A stretch of 28,833 nt of DNA from a virus (taxonomy: Duplodnaviria > Caudoviricetes), in the IMG/VR virus record IMGVR_UViG_3300044723_008107, positions 1 to 28,833 of that record; one strand, 5' to 3'. This document shows, one piece after another, positions 15,002-27,400 of the stretch (position 1 is the stretch's first letter; each line of letters begins with the position of its first letter). The notes under the pieces were generated by a model. That model was not told the origin of the DNA. It saw nothing but the letters and a program-made list of their open reading frames with translations, and did no database searches. The translations under genes were made by a program, and so were the position numbers.

Positions 15002-18000
15002 ATGGCAAAGACAACAAGACAAACCAGTATTTTTGGTGTAGAAGATTGGAAGCGTATCTATCAAACATATAGAGAAGCAGACTTTCAAAGCTACGATTTT
15101 GAAACTCTAAGAAAGAGCTTCATTGATTATATTCGTTTATACTACCCTGAAAGTTTTAACGATTACACCGAAAGCAGTGAATTTATTGCACTACTCGATG
15201 TTATGGCTTTCATGGGTCAATCACTCAGCTTCCGAAATGATTTAAACACTCGTGAAAACTTTATTGATACTGCTGAACGTCGTGACAGTGTTGTGCGTCT
15301 TGCTGACCTGGTAGGATACACACCAAAGCGCAATGAAGAAGCACAAGGTTACCTGAAAGTTAACAGTGTAAACACTACTGAAAATGTTAAAGATTATAAC
15401 GGCAACAATTTAAGCAACATCAATGTTAGATGGAATGACACCACTAATTCAGACTGGCTAGAACAATTTACAGTAGTGGTTAACTCATGTCTAGTAAGCA
15501 GTCAACGTTTTGGACGTCCAGGAGATAGTAAAAACATTTTGGGTGTTCAAACTGACGAATACACAGCAAACATCGCCTCAGGATTTTTGCCAGTAATACC
15601 TTTTGAAAAAACAATAAACGGGACAGCGATGTCATTTGAGGCAGTAAGTGCAACAATGGATAATGCTGATTACGTCTACGAAAACAGTCCAAAGCCCGAC
15701 GGTGAATTTAGTTTTCTTTATAGAAATGATAGGTTAGGTTACGCAAGTGCAAACACAGGCTTTTTCTTTTATTTCAAACAAGGTTCTTTACAGTCTGTAG
15801 ATTTTACATTGTCTGAGCGTATCAGCAATAGAGTAGTTGCTGTAAATGTTGAAGGTATTAACAATAATGACGTTTGGTTATACAGTTTAACTGATGCAGG
15901 AGATATTGATGAGCAATGGACAAAAGTAGACAATATCTTTGCTTCTGCTTCCGAGCAAACATCACCCGACTCGAGACAATATTATAGTGTGTCTAGCCGC
16001 ACCAATGATCAGATTAATCTTAATTTTGGCGACGGTGTTTTTAGTTCAATTCCTGTAGGTAGTTTTAGATCATATGTTCGTGCTAGTAATGGGTTACGGT
16101 ATATTATCAACCCTGAAGATATGCAAAATGTTAGCATTTCTATTACCTACCTTAGCAAGAATGGTCGTAATGAAACAATTACATTTAATTGCTCTTTGTC
16201 ACAGCCTGTTAGTAATGCTACGAACAGAGAAAATATCAATGAGATTAAAAACAGGGCACCAGCAAGATTTTACACACAAAACCGCATGGTAAATGGCGAA
16301 GACTACAACAATTTTCCATATACCTTGTTCAACACAATTATTAAGAGTAAAGCCGTCAACAGAAGCAGTATTGGTACAAGTAGATATCTTGACCTAGTTG
16401 ATGTAACTGGCAAATACTCTAGCACAAACATATTTTCAAGTGACGGACTGTTTTACGAAAAGAATTTACTACCGTCATTTAATTTTACCTTTGTTGATCT
16501 TAATGACATTAACAGCGTGATCCGCAATCAAGTTGAAAGTATTTTACAAAGCAGAGGAATGCTTGAATTCTATTATCAAAACTTCCCACGCCCTTTGGTA
16601 ACAGGACTAAATCTTGAATGGCAGCAAAGCACCACACAAACAAATCAAACCACAGGTTACTTTAAGTTTACCACCAGTGGTGCACCAGCTCCTGTTGGCT
16701 CTACTGCTAGTGATAATAAAAAATACATCACAAATGGTGGGCTAGTTAAGTTTGAGCCCCCAACAGGTTATTATTTTGATAGGAATAACAGACTACAACT
16801 TGGGACTCCTACTCAACCTGATGAAAAACTGGTGTTGTGGGCAGCAGTGGTAAATGTTGTACTTGATGGGACAAATTTTGGGACAGGAAATCTTGCAGAT
16901 GGTTCTGGACCAGTGGTTTTCAATACCTTTATTCCAACCAATGCTATACCAACACAAGTGATTCCTCAACTTGACAATGATTTGCCTAGCGCAGTAGAGC
17001 AAAGCATGACCGATCAGATACAACTTTACAGACAATTTGGCATTGGTTATGATAATTTAAACGATACTTGGTATGTTATCACAAACACAAATCTTGATGC
17101 ATCAAACTCATTTAGTCAAGCATACGCTCAAAACACAAGCGGAGCCGGACTAGATAACAGTTGGTTGGTGAAGTTTGAAACTGACGGTATAACATATACT
17201 GTTACAAGTCGCAGTCTTCAACGATTCTTTGGTAGCATTTTGCAAACAAGATTTTTCTTTGATGGAGCACAACAAGTTTATGATCCAAAAACTGGTCGCA
17301 CTATAAATGATTTTGTGAGTATTTTAAAGTCGAACAGTTTACCAGATTCTGCAAGCCCTCTTAATAGTGATGTGTTGGTTGACATTGTTGGGCAACCAGT
17401 AGAAAATGATGGATTTGTTGACGATTTTAGAGTGCAAGTTAGTTTTAACGACAAAGACAACGACAACATTCCAGATGACCCAGACTACTTTGAAACAGTG
17501 GTAGCACCTACAGTTAACCCAACATCCAAGTATGTGTTCCTACAAAAAACCACAGACTTTGATAATCTTGAAAGATATCTTCCTCTTGCTACTGGCACTG
17601 TTATTTCGTCATTGGCCACCCTTGACGACATTGAACTAGTAAAAAGCGAGTATGCTGATAAACAAGTGTTTTATGCAACCACACCTCTTAAGTTCTATCA
17701 ACTTTCTATTGCTGTAGACGGCACAAGAACTATTGCTGAAGTAACCGGTTATGAAGCACTGACTGGTCGGCAAGATCTGTATTTCCAGTACCGCCATAAT
17801 GCTCCATTGAGTCGTAGAATTGATCCAGGCTCAACTAATATTATTGATATCTACTTGGTTACAAGCACATACTATACCGCGTATCAAAATTGGATTACAG
17901 ATACAACTGGACAAGTTGCAAAACCGTCGCAACCTACTATTGACGAGCTGACAGTGAGCTACAATGGTATCAACCAGTACAAAATGATTTCAGATAATGT

Positions 18001-18406
18001 AATATTAAACAGTGTAACCTTTAAACCTTTATTTGGAAGCAAGGCCGCTGAAAGTTTAAGAGCAACAATCAAGGCTGTGAAAAATCCAAACAGCACTGCT
18101 AGCACCAGCGAAATAAAGAGTAGAATAATTGCGTCTATGAATGAATATTTTACAATTGATAATTGGGATTTTGGCGATACATTCTTTTTCTCCGAGTTAA
18201 GTGCTTACTTGCATGACGAGCTAGGCGATATTATCAGCAGTGTGGTACTAGTTCCAACTGACCCATTAAAATATTTTGGCGATCTGTATGAAATCAGATC
18301 TCAGTCAAATGAAATCTTTGTTAACGCAGCGACTGTAAATGACATCGAAGTCATTGATGCTTTAACAAGTACTCAATTGAAAACTGCTAGCGGTAGCGGA
18401 GTGTAG
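15002..18406 (+). CDS. gp6: Baseplate wedge subunit (T4 gp6 / baseplate J-like), enlarged
   Basis: DFQSYDFETLRKSFIDYI...FNDYTESSEFIALLDVMAF...ENFIDTAERRDSVVRLADLVGYTPKR, LNFGDGVFSSIP and ENINEIKNRAPARFYTQNRMVNGEDY are all gp6 hallmarks. 1134 aa. Confidence 0.9.
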   Translation: MAKTTRQTSIFGVEDWKRIYQTYREADFQSYDFETLRKSFIDYIRLYYPESFNDYTESSEFIALLDVMAFMGQSLSFRNDLNTRENFIDTAERRDSVVRLADLVGYTPKRNEEAQGYLKVNSVNTTENVKDYNGNNLSNINVRWNDTTNSDWLEQFTVVVNSCLVSSQRFGRPGDSKNILGVQTDEYTANIASGFLPVIPFEKTINGTAMSFEAVSATMDNADYVYENSPKPDGEFSFLYRNDRLGYASANTGFFFYFKQGSLQSVDFTLSERISNRVVAVNVEGINNNDVWLYSLTDAGDIDEQWTKVDNIFASASEQTSPDSRQYYSVSSRTNDQINLNFGDGVFSSIPVGSFRSYVRASNGLRYIINPEDMQNVSISITYLSKNGRNETITFNCSLSQPVSNATNRENINEIKNRAPARFYTQNRMVNGEDYNNFPYTLFNTIIKSKAVNRSSIGTSRYLDLVDVTGKYSSTNIFSSDGLFYEKNLLPSFNFTFVDLNDINSVIRNQVESILQSRGMLEFYYQNFPRPLVTGLNLEWQQSTTQTNQTTGYFKFTTSGAPAPVGSTASDNKKYITNGGLVKFEPPTGYYFDRNNRLQLGTPTQPDEKLVLWAAVVNVVLDGTNFGTGNLADGSGPVVFNTFIPTNAIPTQVIPQLDNDLPSAVEQSMTDQIQLYRQFGIGYDNLNDTWYVITNTNLDASNSFSQAYAQNTSGAGLDNSWLVKFETDGITYTVTSRSLQRFFGSILQTRFFFDGAQQVYDPKTGRTINDFVSILKSNSLPDSASPLNSDVLVDIVGQPVENDGFVDDFRVQVSFNDKDNDNIPDDPDYFETVVAPTVNPTSKYVFLQKTTDFDNLERYLPLATGTVISSLATLDDIELVKSEYADKQVFYATTPLKFYQLSIAVDGTRTIAEVTGYEALTGRQDLYFQYRHNAPLSRRIDPGSTNIIDIYLVTSTYYTAYQNWITDTTGQVAKPSQPTIDELTVSYNGINQYKMISDNVILNSVTFKPLFGSKAAESLRATIKAVKNPNSTASTSEIKSRIIASMNEYFTIDNWDFGDTFFFSELSAYLHDELGDIISSVVLVPTDPLKYFGDLYEIRSQSNEIFVNAATVNDIEVIDALTSTQLKTASGSGV

Positions 18407-18412
18407 TAATAA

Positions 18413-21400
18413 ATGGCAAACAACATAAGAAGTATTGATTTTTTACCAGAAATTTTCCGCACGAAAGCCAATGAACAACTTTTATCAGCTACGCTTGATC
18501 AACTTGTTCAAGAGCCAAAACTCACACAAACTCAAGGCTTTATTGGAAGAAGAGTCGGAGCCGGTGTAGATCCAAATAGCACTTACATTCCTGAACTTAC
18601 AGCATCGAGAAACAACTATCAACTTGAACCAGCAGTAACATTTTTAAAACCTAATACCAAGACTGTTGAAGGAGCATTAACCTATCCTGGTTACATTGAT
18701 AGATTGCAAAACGAAGGAGCTAACGTTAATAGGTATGATAGGCTTTTTAACAGTGAATTTTATAGTTGGGATCCGTTTGTAGATTTTGACAAGTATATTA
18801 ACTTTAGCCAATACTATTGGTTGCCTGAAGGACCTGATCCTGTTGATGTTTTTGCAACTGACATTCCTGTAACTGACGATTTTACAGTAACACGAACATC
18901 TAAGACCTTAACATTCAGTGGCGAACCAGGTAACTTGCCTACGATTACTTTAGCAAGACAAGGCAATTACACTTTTGAAGTTAATCAGCCAGGCAATCCT
19001 TTCTGGATACAAGCAGAACCAGGCGCCGACGGCACACTTAGTTTTAATGATAGAAGCAGTCGCGACGTTCTGGGTGTCACAAACAACGGCGACGATCAAG
19101 GAACAATTACTTTTAATGTTCCGACAAAAACAGCGCAAGACTTTTTTATAAATTTAGTTCAAGATGGTAATGTTGATTTAGTAACAGGATTACAACTGGA
19201 CGATATAAATGGTCAACGGCTTAGTACCTTTTTATCACTCTACTCAAACATAGATGGCATTACTGATCTAAGAAATCGCACATTGGTATTTTTAGCTCAA
19301 GCTGACGGGTTAGAAGGCGGTTGGACATTAGACGGCAGCACAGAGATAACCAGTGATGCAACCAAGTATGCAGTGTGGCGAATAAATTATTCATCAGACG
19401 CTGATCCAATACTGAGCCTTACTGTGGTTAGAGAAGTTGATAATCTGAAAAAACTTTTTGTAAACTACGGAACGGTTTATGGTGATTCTTACATTTATAA
19501 AGACGCCAATGGATATTATCAACAAGTGCCTTTGATTACAGCAAATCTTGATGTATTATACTACCAAGATGTTACTAATCCTGATCTTTTTGGCTTGATC
19601 CGTTTAGTGGACACCCCCACTAATGTTGCATTGAACATAAATGATATATTAGGTAAAACAAAATATACAAGTCCAAATGGTGTTGTATTAACCAATGGAT
19701 TAAAAGTACAGTTTGAAGGGCCGACCGTACCTGCAAACTATTCTACTAACACATACTATGTAGAAGGTGTTGGAGATGCTATTGTGTTACTGCCTGTTGA
19801 CGACTTTTATACACCGGAAGCATATACAGTAAGCACAACAGTGCCTTTTGATTCGGCTGGTTTCGACACAGGCGGCTTCGAGGCGAGTTTAAATGCGCCT
19901 ACACAATTAGATTACCTAACAATCAATCGAGCAAGTATAGATGGTAACCCGTGGACACGCAGCAATCGTTGGTTCCATGTTGATGTTATAAATGCAACAG
20001 CTTCCTATAATAAGACTGTTGCAGTTTTAAACCAAGATAATAGGGCCAAAAGACCAATCTTAGAGTTTAAGGCTGGCTTGCGCCTTTACAACTATGGCAC
20101 TGAATCAATTGCTCCTGTTGATGTTATTGATACCATTGAAACAGACGCATTTAGTAATGTAAATGGTTCCATTGGTTATAGCACTGATGGTTACACTCTA
20201 GCACAAGATAGCCGCATAATTTTTGCTGCAGATTTAGATCCAGCAGTGAGAAATAAAGTCTACGTTGTAAATTTTGTAACTATTGATGATAGTAGTGACC
20301 CTATAATAGATTTGCAACCCGCAGACATCAGTTTAGCAGGGGCATTACTTGATCAGACCGTAACAGTTTTGAGTGGAATTACCAATCAAGGCAAGACATA
20401 CCGGTTTGATGGCAACAGTTGGACATTAGGTCAACAGAAAACTGCTGTGAATCAGGCTCCGCTATTTGATATATTTGACGCCAATGAATACAGTTTGAGT
20501 AATACAACAATTTACCCAGGCACAAACTTTGTTGGTTCTAAATTGTACAGTTACGCAAGAGGCACTGGTGTTCCAGATGCAATCATTGGACAGCCATTGA
20601 AGTATTTGTCAATTAACAACGTTGGTGATATTGTATTTGACAACAACTTTTATGCTGACTCATTTGTTTATGTTGACAATACTACGAGTGTTACCAGTAA
20701 TATTTCTATTGGTCATACAAAGTGTTACACCACTAGAACATCAAATACCAATCAATTAGGATGGCAGACCGCACACACTGAAACCACCAGCAGGCAGATG
20801 TTTACTTTCACTTATAATAATCTGCCATTGGTTCTTGATGTTAAAGTAAATGAAACCAGCGATACTGTGCCAGTGAAAATTTGGATTAATGATGTTTTTG
20901 CACTTCCGAGCACATACTCATACATTACCAATGCACAAGGTTTTACTGAGATTACTTTTAATACATCACCAGCAAGTGGAGCAAAAATTGAAGTAAGTGT
21001 GGTCAGCACAACCGCTAGTTTGGTAGCATACTACACTGTAGCAACTAATATTGAAAATAATGCAATTAACATTAATAATGCTTCTTTTACACTTGGGACC
21101 GCTAGACAACACTACAATTCAATTTGTGAAAATCTTGAAGATTTTTCTGGTAAAATTAATGGTGCTAACAATATAAGAGACCTTGGTAATGTAGTACCGT
21201 ATGGTACAAACATCATACAAAACAGTTCACCTTTGACTTTTGCAGGGACATTTTTATACGAAGAACAATTTAACTTTTTTGATGCCGTAAGCTGGTCGGG
21301 TGTTGAGTACGAAAAATATAAAAACTTAATGCTGAATGCTGTAGCAAATGCTGATTGGTCAGGTTACACAACATCAGCTATTCTTGATGAAGTAATTGAG

Positions 21401-24400
21401 AGTTTGAGTTTAGGCAAAAATGAAAGCAGTCCTTTCTATTGGACAGATACATTACCTAGTGGAAAAACATACGACGAAACAGTTTACACCTACTCAACTC
21501 TTTCTAGCAATGTTTTTGATACTTTGTACACATATGACTTTACAAGTGCAAATTATCAAGGTATATTGGTTTATTTGAATGATGTAATACTCTCAGGCGA
21601 CGGACATGACTATACGGTTGCTACCGATGGACCAAGAATAACAATCAACACTGACAAAATAACCTTGGCAATTGGCGATAAAATTAAGATACGTGAGTAT
21701 ACTTCTACATACGGAAGTTTTGTCCCTTCGACTCCATCTATACTCGGCCTGGCCTTGGTCTTTGAGCCCGAAACATTCCTTGATAACACCTACGTTACTC
21801 CAACAAATGTAATACAAGGTCACGACGGTAGTATAACGGTGGCATTTGGCGATGTACGTGACGATGTTTTACTTGAATTTGAGAAAAGAATCTACAGTAA
21901 CATCAAAACAAAAAATAGATATTCAGCAAATATAGAGCCTAGTGATATTATTCCTGGACAGTTTAGAACAACAGATTACTCATTGATTGAAGTAAATCAA
22001 ATTTTGGCAGAAAGTTTCTTGCAATGGGCAGGCACAAATAAGATTGATTATAAGTCGCAAACCTATGAGTCAGGTAATGCATTTACATATAACTATTCTC
22101 GCTCACAAAACAAACTCGATGGCAGTACCTTAGCTGGTGGATGGAGAGCAATATATTTTAATCTTTATGATACCGACAGTCCTCACACCCGACCATGGGA
22201 AATGGTGGGTCTGACAGAAGAACCAAGTTGGTGGGAAGATCAATACGGAGCAGCACCTTATACAAGCGGTAACCTTGTATTATGGAGAGACATGCGGGAT
22301 GGAAAAATTGCTGACCCAGTAAACGGTACCACCGTTGTAGAAAAATACAAAAGACCTCAACTGCTAGAAATAATTCCAGTTGACAGTGAAGGTAATCTTT
22401 TACCGCCATTGGAGGTCATTGTTGGCTCATACGACCAGAATAGTTTCCAGAAAAGTTGGGTTTTCGGTGATCAAGGGCCGCAGGAAACAGCATGGAGACG
22501 TAGCAGTCAATATAGATTTGCACTTCAGAGATTATTTGCATTAACACAACCTGCAAAATATTTTGCTTTAAATGTTGACGTTGATGATTATGCCTACAAC
22601 ACAAGTTATAGTCAATATCTATATAATTTAAGATACAGAATCGACACAAACAATTTGGTGGTTTACGGCAACGGCACTTCAAAACACAGTTACATCAACT
22701 TTATTGTTGATTACAATCAGATACTTGGACTGGATAGTTCAAATAATATTAAAACTACTCTAGATAACATAAACATACAACTTGTTTACCGTATGGCCGG
22801 TTACAGTGACAAAAAGTATTTAAAAATCTTCAGTGAAAAAAGTACCCCTGATAGTTTAAATTCAAGTTTACTACTACCTGACGAAAGTTATCAACTTGTT
22901 TTGTATAAAAATCCAACATTCGATACCATTGAGTACAGCTCTGTTATTGTACAAAGAACTACCGGTGGCTACACTGTTCAAGGATATAATGTAGACCGAC
23001 CATATTTTAAAATTTTCCAAAGTCAAGCAAATGGGAATTTTCAAACTATTCGAGCCAATAATGTCGAAGCAAGAGTTCCAATAGATTTTTCAACCACTGT
23101 GGTTAATGTTCCTTATGGTTACGAGTTTACAACTATAAATGGGGTAGTAGATTTCCTTGTAAGTTATGGACAGTACCTACAATCTCAAGGTGTTGTGTTT
23201 GACTCGGTAGAAAATAATGTTGTTCTTGACTGGATTCAAATTTCCCGAGAATTTGTGTATTGGACATCACAAGGATGGCAAGCAGGTAGTATAATAAATT
23301 TAAATCCAAACGCTGATAAGTTAGTTATTGAAACACAGTATTCAACAATTGATAGTTTACTTAAAAATCCAGTGCTTGACCAAAATCGAAAAGTGTTATC
23401 ACCTGCTAACTATGTCACTTTTAGATCATCAAATCGACTTGAAGTAACCTCTCTTCAAAATCAATCTTTCTGTTATCTGAATGCTGGAGTAGTATCTTAT
23501 GAGCACATGATAGTTTTTGATAATGTTAGTATCTTTAACGATCTCATTTACCAGCCTGGAACTGGACTTCGGCAGAATCGTTTACTGTTAGATGGCTACA
23601 AAACATATGATTGGGACGGTAGTCTTAATGCAGAAGGTTTTATTCTCAATCAAGATAACGTAAAAGAATGGGTACCAAATCAATCTTATAGCAAAGGAGA
23701 AATTGTACTCTACAAGGATAGCTACTGGAGCGCGGGTAAATTATTAGCACCAACTGCAAATTTTGAATATTCAAATTGGATTAAGAGTGACTATAACTTG
23801 ATCAGCAAAGGTCTTTTGCCAAACGCTGCAACAAAAGCGTCATTAATCAATAACTACTATGACACAAAGACTGCAAATCTAGAACAAGATGCTGATCAGT
23901 TAGCGTTTGGTCTCATTGGCTTCAGACCAAGACAGTATATGCAGAACCTAAATCTTGATGATATAAGTCAAGTAAACCTTTACCAACAGTTTATTGGCAC
24001 CAAAGGCACAACCCAAGCTGCTGAAATCTTTACCCAGGCGAATCTCAATAAAGAGGTTGCTGAATATGAAATCTTTGAAAACTGGGCAGTTCAAAGAGCA
24101 GTATATGGAGCAAATGCTAATCGCTCATATTATGAACTTGAGTTAGATGAATCAAACCTGTTATCAAACCCTAGCACATTAGAGGTAGTAGAACCACAAG
24201 AAGAATCAACAGCCGATCAACAAGTGCTAGTAAAAGACATTTACAAACAAAGTTACAATATTACGTCAAATGACATACTGCCAGTATTAACACAAAATCA
24301 ACCAGATGTTGAATTACCAAGTGCTGGGTATGTCAACTATGATTCTGTTGATATTAAAGTCTTTGACTTTAATAACTTATTGCCAGTGCTTAATAATCTT

Positions 24401-27400
24401 CCAAATGTACTTGTTGGAACAAGTATATGGGTTGCAAAAGATAATGATTATGACTGGAACGTGTATACAAATAGTTTGGTTGTTCACGAGCTAACACAAG
24501 TAAGAGACAATTTAAATGGAACATCAACGTTTACTTTTAATGGCAATCACGGACTATTACAGAATCAATATATTGTGGTTAGGTACTTTAACGGTGCAGT
24601 AAATGGTGCATATCAAGTAGTAAACGTGCCCAGCTTAAAGACTATTACAGTGAACCTATCTTTGCCTGCTGCTACTGCAAGTATTACAGGAGTTGGTATA
24701 GTATTTGTGCTCGAAAGTGTCAGGGTAGCACAGTCAAGCGACATCGAAAACCTTGGTTTTGTTAACAGTCTCTTAACTGGTAGACAAGTTTGGTCAGACG
24801 ACGACGGAACAGGCAATTGGGCAGCTTATAAAAAGATAGCACCATTCACAGAGTTTCAAAGTCTTGAATCATCAACAGATGTTATCAACAATCTTTACGG
24901 CAGTTCTGTCACACAAGGACTTCTAAATCAAGGATTAGCTGTTGGTGCAATTGGCTATAATGGAACAGGTGCTGTCTACACATACAATAAAACAGAGACA
25001 GATGGATACGCAGAAAAAACAATTTTCTCTCCGGGCACAACCAGCACAGTAAATTTTGGTCACAGCATAGACTCTGGTAATACTGAGTGGATAGTTTCTG
25101 GAGCCAATTTAAGTGATAGTTCACGTGGATATGCTTTTGCAATTTATCGCGACGAAAATAACGGTGATTACTTCTTAAATCAATGTCTTATTGAGTCAGC
25201 ACTTAGTACCGGAAGTGAGTTTGGATATGATGTTGCAATCAGTGCCGATGAAAGATGGATGTATGTGTCTGCACTTGGAGATGATAAAGTTTACTGTTAC
25301 AATAAAACCACATTGCAAGATCAACAACTAGAATTTACAGGTAACGGCTCAGACAACAGTTATGATACATCTGATGTGATAGTGGTCGACGACGACAGCA
25401 GTGATGGCGGCATTGGCAGCCAACAAATAATTGTAACTCTAAATGGAATCCCGCAAACACTAGGTACCGACTACGCATTTTCAAATGGGACGGTTGCATT
25501 CACTAGCCCACCAAACGAAGGCGATGCAATAAAAATACTACGAGTATCTAGTAAGAGCTACTATCCTACTGTATCAACAACTACATTTAGCGTCGAAGAC
25601 ATCTATCCTATATCAGACATTTACAGTTTTAGTGTTGTTGTTAATGATGTTCTGCAAAGACCTTTCTTAGATTATACATTTAATAGTTCGACAAAAGTGG
25701 TGACATTTACCAGTGGTCAAACTGGTTCTGTGATTTTCAGTGCAAGAGATCACTGGAAATTAGTAACCAGTATTGCAATCAGCAGCGATGATTCAGCTAG
25801 TTTAACAACCTTTGGGTACAGCATCGATACTACAACAGATGGCAGACAACTTATAATTGGATCTCCATATACCAGTGCAGGCGACGAAATCAATGGTGCA
25901 GGAAAGGTATTCTTATATGACAGAAGCGTTGAACGTTTTATTGTTACTGACACCTCAGACAAAGTTTTCACAACACTTCGCACTCCAGTGGGACAAGTGA
26001 CTGTAAAACTTAATAACAGATTTTTACAACCGACGCCTTATAACAACAACGGACAGTATACTGTTGCAGGTAATGTAGTTACTTTAGACGCTAGCATTAG
26101 TTTAACTGTAGGCGATTTAGTTGAAATTGAAACTAACACATTTAACCTAATGCAAACCATTGAAAGCAACAATATTGATGTAGACATAAACTTCGGCGCC
26201 GAAGTTGCACAGTGTCCTACTAATTGTAGCCTTTACATTGGAAAGCCAAATGACAGTGTTTTAGCACCACAAAATGGAGCAGTCGAACGTTGGATCAATC
26301 AAAATAGATTGTACGGTTTAATTACCAATACTAACGCATCTCCTATACTACATCCTGGCGATACAATTCGTATCAATAACTATGATGTTGCAGTGGTTAA
26401 TCCAGATACCTGGACAAGCGGAAGAACTTGGACATCAGGTGAGTTTGCTAGGGACGGAGATACAATTTGGCTAGCTTTACAAAATGTACCAATTGGCACG
26501 GCATTAAGCGATTCGGATTATTGGCAACGCAGTAATTGGGCACAAAGTTTTGCAAACGATATAAATGACGCTGATATTTCAAATGTTACAGCAACCTATG
26601 CTAATGGTAAAATTACCCTGTCATTGGTCAATACGCAAGCCGGCAACGAATTTATAAAACTTTTGGTATTGCCAGGAATAGGCGGTGCGTGGACATCGCT
26701 AGGCTTCAAACCAATGGTATATGCACAAACTATTAACTCGCCTATACCGTTTGATTATGGACACTTTGGTAAAACAATTAGTGTAGCTGATAATTCATTG
26801 GCTTTAGCAATTGGTGCGCCTGAGAGTGCAACATATTTGCCTACAGTTTTTGATAACAATGCTACAACCTTTGATGCTGCATCTTTAACCATGATTGATG
26901 CAGTATACAGTGGCGGAGTCGTTTACACCTATGACTTCTTATCAAGTGCAAATGCAAATGCACAGAATCCAGGAAAATTTGTGCTTGGGCAACAAATATT
27001 TGACAAAACAATAACGCAATTAGATAAGTTTGGATCTGCTATCAGTCTGAGTGATGGTAAACTGTTTGTTGGTGCTCCAAAAGACGATCTCGACGACAGT
27101 GTAGGAGACTATGGAAAAGTAGTACAATACAATAACTTAAATCAAGCGTCATCTTGGTCGGTTGAATATGCACAACAACCAATTGTGGATGTACAACTTT
27201 TAAATGGTATATTCACTTATAATAAACGTTCCTCAGCAATAACAAGCAATCTTGACTTTATTGATCCAATTAAAGGTAAAATTTTAGGAGCTGTAAGACA
27301 AAATGTTGATTTCCTTACAGTTACTGATCCTGCTATGTATAACACAGGTACTGTTAATAACACGGGAACTTATTGGGATTCAGAACACTTAGGAAAAATT

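Noticed and set aside
7479-18406. Bacterial eCIS/T6SS or tailocin locus rather than a phage
   Set aside because: Linked gp55, gp47 and gp46 genes and T4-type late promoter motifs indicate a T4-related phage genome.
7697-25983. Short - strand ORFs and alternate-frame + ORFs (9579, 16074, 24306) across the structural operon
   Set aside because: All are nested in long structural genes, including the unlisted giant ORF. Their compositions are typical of antisense shadows.
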